The translations under genes were made by a program, and so were the position numbers. A model generated the notes under the pieces. That model was not told the origin of the DNA. It saw only the letters and a program-made list of their open reading frames with translations, and ran no database searches. Shown piece by piece: positions 56,023 to 64,000 of a DNA stretch of 64,000 nt. The number at the start of each line of letters is the position of its first letter. Position 1 is the stretch's first letter. The stretch comes from the human T2T-CHM13v2.0 reference genome, Homo sapiens, in assembly GCF_009914755.1 (NCBI RefSeq), contig NC_060925.1. One strand, written 5' to 3'.

Positions 56023-56571
56023 TTTAAGAACAGTGGCTATTCTGAAGTGGAAAGTCGCAAGAATTAGTGCAGACTCTTGACTTCTGGCTAGAAAAGATGT
56101 TCTCAAGGCTTTTCTTGTGAATGTGATTCCTGTTGGACCAGGAGCAGAGAGAGCAAAGAGATGGAAAACCAGGAGGTTATCATATTCGTGTTCGCTGATA
56201 CGTTGTTCTGGCTGTACCTTGTATGGAGGCTTCAGAGGATCCTTTCCTGAAGCCATAATAGAATCATTCTAAAACAGGGTTTGTGTTTTTAGGGCTTTGA
56301 TAAATAATTTCTGACCTAAGATACAGAAAGTCCATGGCTTCAGAATCACAAGGAGAAGGGTTTAAAGCTGGACTCAGACCTGTCTCTTCACCTCTTGAAG
56401 CATCTCCTCTGTATGTTAGTGGTACCTCCCCAACTGGGCAGTGTTGGAAGGTCTGGTGTACATTTAGGGAATGGCAACTGGTGTTAACTGTAGTTGTTAA
56501 GCCTTTTCCCAGTAATATCTTATTCCTCCTAATAAGATCTAAGGAAGAAGATTTTTGCAGATGAGAATGAG
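56023..56571 (-). pseudogene. relic exon (549 nt, one frameshift near 56265)
   Basis: tgcttcttgctgtaatag| ... AAA|gtaaag. Covered by two abutting ORF-track ORFs (56264..56656 and 55885..56256) offset by one base, giving about 180 codons with a single frameshift. Confidence 0.65.
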
Positions 56572-56786
56572 CTATTACAGCAAGAAGCAAATAAACTGCT
56601 GGTAGGTAGGGCGGTTGGGCTGCCCTCACCTCCACCCTAGTACACATCACACGCACTCACACACACACACATATACATGCATTCACATTTACACACTCAC
56701 TCATGCTCACACAGAGCAGCTTTGCTTTTCTATATTTTTACATTGAATATTTACATACAATTTTTGTTTAATAAAGGAGTTCTACT

Positions 56787-57110
<324 letters not shown>

Positions 57111-57354
57111 CTACTGGTAAATGGGGAAAAAAAGAGAATTTAAAAATCAATGCTCTACTCATTGGTTTGTTTCCCTACACCAAGTACAGGAAACTTTTGG
57201 CAACTTCATGGGATCCATGGGATCACTCACCCAATCACAAACTAGAACTAGAAATCACTGAGCCTTCCTTCTAAAACACTTTTAAAATGCAAAGCATAAA
57301 TAATGCCTTAGGTATCTTAGATATTAACCTCCTTTGGATATTGATTTCCTATAC

Positions 57355-57498
57355 TTTTTTTTCTGCCATTATACAAGCCATGTTTTTAACCTTTAAAGAG
57401 ACTTCCAAGGACCCCAGTGGGAAGTAGCACAGATGCCAACTACTGCAATATCCACTTTCTTTTGAAATCATTGGTTCAGAACTTTTAGAAAGCAGCAT
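57355..57498 (-). pseudogene. relic exon (144 nt, open, phase 0-0)
   Basis: cttcccctcttaaaag| ... AAA|gtatag; MLLSKSSEPMISKESGYCSSWHLCYFPLGSLEVSLKVKNMACIMAEKK. Confidence 0.5.
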
Positions 57499-57799
57499 CT
57501 TTTAAGAGGGGAAGGTTGACCAGCTTTCATCTTTGTGTCATGTGGTGTGATTTAACCCGGTGAGGTAGGTGTTATTAAACCTATTTTATGAGTGGGAAAA
57601 TTGGAGGTCAGAGGTTAAGTCACTGGCCCATTTTACCGAGCTAGGAGAGGTAGTATCAAGATTTGAACTGAGTAGTGCTCTCATGCCCATCATCTTCTCT
57701 CCACCTCCTCTTCACCTGAACATGTAAAGAATGAAGGAGTTGGTTTGACTCCCTCATTCTACACATGAAGAAACTGAGACTTAAAAAGGAGAAAAAAAA

Positions 57800-58068
<269 letters not shown>

Positions 58069-58674
58069 ACGTACACAATGTCATCTGGTGGGTTTAGGTT
58101 GAAAATCAGGTCTCTAACTCCTGATCCTAACTGCATTTATGACATTCAGTCACTTTACTTAGCAAAATCCTATCCTGAGTCTGGGAACTTATAATTTCTC
58201 TCCATTTATCAACTCATCATCATTATTACAATTAGGAATACTGATTTTAATAAATTATTGACATATGACCAGTACTGTACAGTTTACAAAATACTGCGCC
58301 TTCACATACATAATCTTCTTTGATCTTCACAATAACCCTATGAGGTAAGTTGGACAGGGATTATGATATCTGTTTTTACAGATGAGAAGAGGGTGGTTCA
58401 GAAAGTTTGAATAACTTTCTCATGGCCATACATCTACTAAGAGTAAAGCCATTCCTGGATCCAGTCTTCTGACTCCAAACCTTTCTACTAGGATGTGGCA
58501 CCTTTCTTGGTGATAGTACAGTGTGATTTGAGAGTACAGTGGGCTAGCTTCTCTGAAGCTTTTAGGAGCCTGCTTACTTTCCTGGATCTGGAAGTACAAA
58601 TGGTTTCTTTCTATAGAATGATTTGCTCCCTGACCCTATCCCCCCTTTAAAAATAAAATTCACTTCTCTTCCAG

Positions 58675-58822
58675 ATGCCAGAGTATATATGCATATTTGA
58701 ACAGTCACCTGGATCTGATTAAGAAGGCTCAGCCTGTGGGTTTCCTTACTGTTGATTTACATGTTTGGCCAGATTTCCATGGCAACCGGTCTCCCTTAGC
58801 AGATCTGACACTAAAGGGCATG
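58675..58822 (+). CDS. FGGY: FGGY internal coding exon (148 nt, phase 2-0)
   Basis: Acceptor cttctcttccag| and donor ATG|gtaagt. Encodes (R)[49 protein letters not shown], containing the conserved PDFHGNRSP motif. Confidence 0.97.
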
Positions 58823-59014
58823 GTAAGTAACAGCTAGTCCTTGCACATGGGTGAAGGCAGGCCAAAGGGCTACAAAGTTTGGAAGAAGCAAAGTGAGGAA
58901 AAAGGAAAAGAAAAAAATAAAACAGGCCAACAGCCCTCTGGCTTTGTGCAGATGCATTGCTGTTGCTGCTCCCTGGGATGAGCTGCTGAAAGTTTTCATT
59001 GTTTCTGAGCCAAC

Positions 59015-59252
59015 CTTGAAAGCGTTAAAAGCAGCATTTCCTAGTTCAGCTACTGCTGCCTCTTTGTCCTGTGGAGTGGCTAAAAGTCATGCCTATGTAA
59101 TTTTGGCATTTATATCAGTTTGTAAAGTCAAATTTTCCAGCTGCATCTTTAGGTTGCCCAGTAAATCAGTAGTAAATATTACCACCCATGGTCTTGCTGG
59201 CCACAGCCACACATCTGCCTAGGCTCTGAGTCAGGGCTGTTCAGATTCTACA
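59015..59252 (-). pseudogene. relic exon (238 nt, phase 2-0)
   Basis: ctaactatattag| ... AAG|gttggc; VESEQP*LRA*ADVWLWPARPWVVIFTTDLLGNLKMQLENLTLQTDINAKIT*A*LLATPQDKEAAVAELGNAAFNAFK. Confidence 0.6.
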
Positions 59253-60283
59253 CTAATATAGTTAGGATTTCAGATTAAACTTTGGTATAAGTAAATGTAA
59301 TTTATAACTTATGTTGGAAAATAAATCCTGCTCTTAGTGCCCTTTAGGGTCACTTCCTCTGTGGATATTCTAGGCTCTCCTAGAGGGGCCAGATGAACTT
59401 GGTGGGAGAACTCTCAACCACCCCAGTTGAGATATAAAAGTAATAACATCTTAGACACCAGGAGAATCATGTTTGAGGTGTGATGAAGCAGGTTAAAGGT
59501 AGAGGAGGGGCCAGGTGAGGCCACAAATAAGAAAATAAGCCATGAATGCAGGAACCAGGAAAATGTCATGAAGCTGAGAAGGTGAGTGTGAGGTACATTA
59601 AGGCAGAGTTCAGAATGGAGGCTGTAAACAAGGCAAGGCTTATGCAAAGGAAGCCGCGTAACAGTGGAGCAGGCCTGATGGAGTCAAGAATTCAAGACTC
59701 AAACTACTACAATTTTGTGGTTAGTTTTATTGAGATTGTTTTAAATATTTTTATGATGCCAGCAGGAAGACCTGAAATTTATTTTCATTACCTAGTTGAC
59801 ATGATCAACTTCTATTACTAAAAGGGAGTCATGGTGAAAAGAAAAGAAAATTAGACATGACAAAGGTTATGTTGATCTGGAGTCCATGAAGCATGCCTAC
59901 ACAACAAATCATGAGCTTGGTGTCCTTTTTTATAGAGGCAGAAGAATAATGTCCAGAGAGGGCCATGTGGCAACAGACCGCAACTAGAAAGTCATACTTT
60001 CAGATAACCAACTCTCTCTGTAAACAGGGGGTAGGGGAAGAACACATTTCATATGGGTACAGAAATAAGTGTCTTAATTAGAGACAAATATCTGAAGCCA
60101 AATAGAGCTAGATATTTAAAATGTTGAAGCAGTTAAGAAGCTTGACCAGTGTTTTAAATGACCCCAAAACAAAGCAGTGTTGCATAGTAAAATGGTCATT
60201 GCTCTGGAGGTCATTTGTTGCTTTAGATAAAACTGACCTAGGAGCCTTCCCTAGCCAATGTCTGTCATACCCAAATTCAGTAC

Positions 60284-60380
60284 CCAGCATGTCAGGCTTC
60301 ATGTCTCCCAGTAGCTTTTATCCATTTTTTAAAACCAATCCTGACATCCAAGACCTAAGAATTATCATCAGAAGGATATT
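60284..60380 (-). pseudogene. relic exon (97 nt, phase 1-2)
   Basis: tgtattag| ... TGG|gtactg; YPSDDNS*VLDVRIGFKKWIKATGRHEA*HA. Confidence 0.4.
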
Positions 60381-60571
60381 CTAATACAGTTGACCCAAAT
60401 GCAGAATGAAATTCCAAAGAAATCAATGGAGTGTTCTGAAGAATTCTCATATCATGAGAATAAGTATGTATGCACCAAAAGGAACTTCTTACATGGGGAC
60501 ATATGCCCAGTTGTATCTAAAAATCCTGGGTATGTTTACTTTTTTAAAAAGTTGTATGTTTGTTCACATAC

Positions 60572-60692
60572 CTCATATATCACTTGGTAGTTCTTGGCAA
60601 TGATTCCCTTTATAACTGTCCTTGGGTTAGGCTGCAATGGAACAGTTATCACTCCATGAATTTGCATCACAACACTGGAAGGAGAAGATGAC
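60572..60692 (-). pseudogene. relic exon (121 nt)
   Basis: Strong sites ttccttctatcttatttag| ... GAG|gtatgt. Frame is ambiguous (SSSPSSVVMQIHGVITVPLQPNPRTVIKGIIAKNYQVIYE open, or VIFSFQCCDANSWSDNCSIAA*PKDSYKGNHCQELPSDI*). Confidence 0.6.
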
Positions 60693-62046
60693 CTAAATAA
60701 GATAGAAGGAAAGCAATTCTGAGCTAAACACTTCACCCCAAATCTCCTTCCTTCAGTCCAGTTTTGGAAAACATCAAAATAATGACCCTGAAATTCTTCT
60801 GTTATGTTATATCCTTTTGCTGGAAACTACGATGATGCCTATCTCCAGCACTCATTCAGCAAATATTAATTGGGTTCCTATTGTATGCCAGGCACTGCCG
60901 TAGATATGAGTAAGATGCAACAATACCTACCTTCATGGAGTATGTTTAAAGTTGGGAGTGGGCGAGTGCTTGAAAAAATGTTAATAGGAACTAGCAGGAT
61001 AATTCCAATAAAGCAAGATCCATGTACAATTTCTTCTTTTGGCCCCTAAAACGTTTCCCTGGACACAGAGTAAGTGCTCAGTATATGCTTATTTATAATT
61101 TATAGGCAACATAGAGATAATAAAGAGGTCATTTGTTGCCTTAGATAAAACAAACATATGAAGAATTTAATAATACCAAATGAATTAAGTGGCTACTGAC
61201 ACTGACTATCCATATCGTAAGTATTTAATACCAATATTAATTTCCAAGTAAATGAAGATAAACTCCAATTGTATCATAATTATGAGACTGTTTATTCATC
61301 AAACAAATACAGGCCCTGTTACAGTTGTTGGGGGATATAAGAGTAGCTAGACACAATCCCAGCCCTCAGGAATATCACCATCTTTGGGAGGCAGACAAAA
61401 TATATAAACAGGGAATGGAAAGATAGTATTAAGCTCCAGATGTCCTTCACTGTCCAGAGCTCTCCAGATGCATGGAAGACGATTGCCCAACCTGGTCCCA
61501 GCGGTCAGGAAAGCTCCAGACAGGAAGTAACATTGACACTGAGTGAAGCTGGGAAGGGGGTTTGAGGCCAAGGGAATCATAGTATGTGCAGTATTCTAGA
61601 GGGAAGAGAGCATGGCATGTGAATGTCTACAATTTTGGCTCCTTGTATCATTGTCTAACCAATGATAGATTGCCTTTAGCATTTTATCTTAATAATAAAA
61701 AAAGAAAATTTTCTCGGATTTCTCAGAGAACCACTGGATATCTGTATATTCCGGCTTTGGCAGCGTTGCACTCTCCCAGTTCTCTACTCTCCCCTCAGGT
61801 GACTCTTTTCTTGCATTGTTAAACATTTACCCATTCACTGTGTTTTTATTGAATACCTGCTATGTGCAGGCCTGTGCTAAACCCAGGTAATACAAAGAAA
61901 ACAGAAAAGTACCTATCCTAAGTTCACATAAAAGTAGGGGAGGTAATTATTGTACATGTGTGTATGTGTGTGTATATAATCATTTTACAGTGTGATCTCT
62001 GTAATAATCAGTGCAAGCTGAAGGAGATGCTCAATACATGTCTGAC

Positions 62047-62343
62047 TTTGAAATTGTTTTTATGTGGCATTGGGCTAGCAAACCCTGATGCAGCCTTTTT
62101 CTGCTTCTCTTGAAAATATTTGTAAAAATGCAAAAAAGTCATGAATTCATGCAGGCCTTAGGAATTAGGATGGTGTTCAACTAGGAAAACTAGAATTGGT
62201 ATTCCCAATTATATGATGAATGCAACTTGTTTGATAACATCATATATGACATAAGAACAAAGTCATGTGTGATCCACTGTGGAAACAGTTTGGACCTCGC
62301 CACCTTCTGCTCCCTTGCATAAAAGCACAAGGTTCTTTTAAAC
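62047..62343 (-). pseudogene. relic exon (~297 nt, probable internal frameshift)
   Basis: gctgttttcag| then phase-2 frame FKRTLCFYAREQKVARSKLFPQWITHDFVL..., later frame LGIPILVFLVEHHPNS*GLHEFMTFLHFYKYFQEKQKK; weak donor AAA|gtcaga. Confidence 0.5.
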
Positions 62344-62449
62344 CTGAAAACAGCATAGCTATTCCTCTACTTTACTGCTAATGGTTGGGTTTTTTGTTTT
62401 CTTTTTGGAAAGCAGCCAGTGAGTTTAAATTCCTAGATCCCCCCACAAC

Positions 62450-62689
62450 CCTGTTCCCAGCCACTCTTTCAGTTCATTCCATTTGAAAACTGCCAGCTCA
62501 AGAATCCACCCAAGCAGGAAGTGTGAATTAGGAGGAAGGGTGATGGCTTGCATTCTAAGCATCTGTTAATGGGGCAGATGTAGGAAAGGCCTTAGTAGTT
62601 CTGTAAACTTGGGAGGAAGGGTGTAGTTTGCACTACTAGTTCTAGGCTCGGAAAGCCAGGCAGTGCTGATCTACCTCAGTCCAACAAAG
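62450..62689 (-). pseudogene. relic exon (240 nt, phase 2-2)
   Basis: tttttattttctgtag| ... AGG|gttgtg; FVGLR*ISTAWLSEPRTSSANYTLPPKFTELLRPFLHLPH*QMLRMQAITLPPNSHFLLGWILELAVFKWNELKEWLGT. Confidence 0.6.
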
Positions 62690-62791
62690 CTACAGAAAAT
62701 AAAAACTGCTGTACTCTGCCAACTGGCATTTAGCTGTAGATCTGAAGAGACAAATTTAAGTATACAGTGAGTGGGGATAAGAGCAAATCAC

Positions 62792-63098
<307 letters not shown>

Positions 63099-63196
63099 TC
63101 ATGTGTACTGTATGCTGGGAAATACTGAACATGTGTACCTGTCTAGTTAGCGTAAATGTTGAAAAATAATGGCCCCTTAGAAAAACCATTACATAC

Positions 63197-63541
<345 letters not shown>

Positions 63542-63631
63542 TTAAAGGAAAGCCCTCTTGAAAATTATTTACTACTGAAACCAAATGAAAATGTTAGAGA
63601 ACTTTGTGGTATATTCAATGGAATATTTTTA

Positions 63632-63941
63632 ATTTTTTTTTAAGAGACAGGATCTTGCTCTTTGTCACTCAGACTGGAATGCAGTGGTGCAGTGGCCTAA
63701 TCAGAACCCACTGTAACCTTGAACTTCTGAGCTCAAGCAGTCCTTCCATCTCAGCCTCCCAAGTAGCTAAGACTACACAGGCACATGTCAGCATGCCCAG
63801 CTAATTTTTAAAATATTTTTTTGTAGAGATGGGGTCTCACTCTGTTGCCAAGGCTGGTCTCAAACTGCTGGCCTCAAGCCGTCTTCCCACTTCAGTCTCC
63901 CAAAGTGTTGAGATTATAGGCATGAAACACTGTTCCCAGCC
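63632..63941 (-). mobile_element. AluJ-like
   Basis: Diverged reverse-complement Alu. Confidence 0.88.
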
Positions 63942-64000
63942 AGAAATTTTGTTTCAAGGCATATCTCTATGAAATAGGCCAGAAACTTATTAGGAAAGAA

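Overview
Primate (very likely human) genomic DNA inside the FGGY gene (FGGY carbohydrate kinase / D-ribulokinase, + strand). The window holds three internal FGGY coding exons (28256-28363, 46441-46502, 58675-58822) and long introns. The introns contain two full-length and one 5'-truncated primate L1PA element, about 14 Alus, MaLR solo LTRs, MER81, and old L1M, L2 and MIR fragments. Main finding: the repeat-free intronic DNA on the MINUS strand carries about 30 exon-like segments running from at least 62689 down to a stop codon and polyA signal near 1000. Most have canonical splice sites, long chains of them have compatible phases, and their frames are open or nearly open, with scattered stops, frameshifts and a few mutated splice sites. 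I read this as a large (about 7 kb, >2000 codons) decayed unitary pseudogene nested antisense in FGGY; I do not recognise the gene. Its reconstructed protein contains a segment resembling bacterial diadenylate-cyclase (DAC/DisA_N) domains, plus weaker SH3-like and C2-like segments. Separately, the three neighbouring L1s share non-consensus variants in patches, suggesting ectopic gene conversion, and one full-length L1 lacks a TSD. All translations were done by hand, and homology and subfamily calls rest on recalled sequences, so they need computational confirmation.
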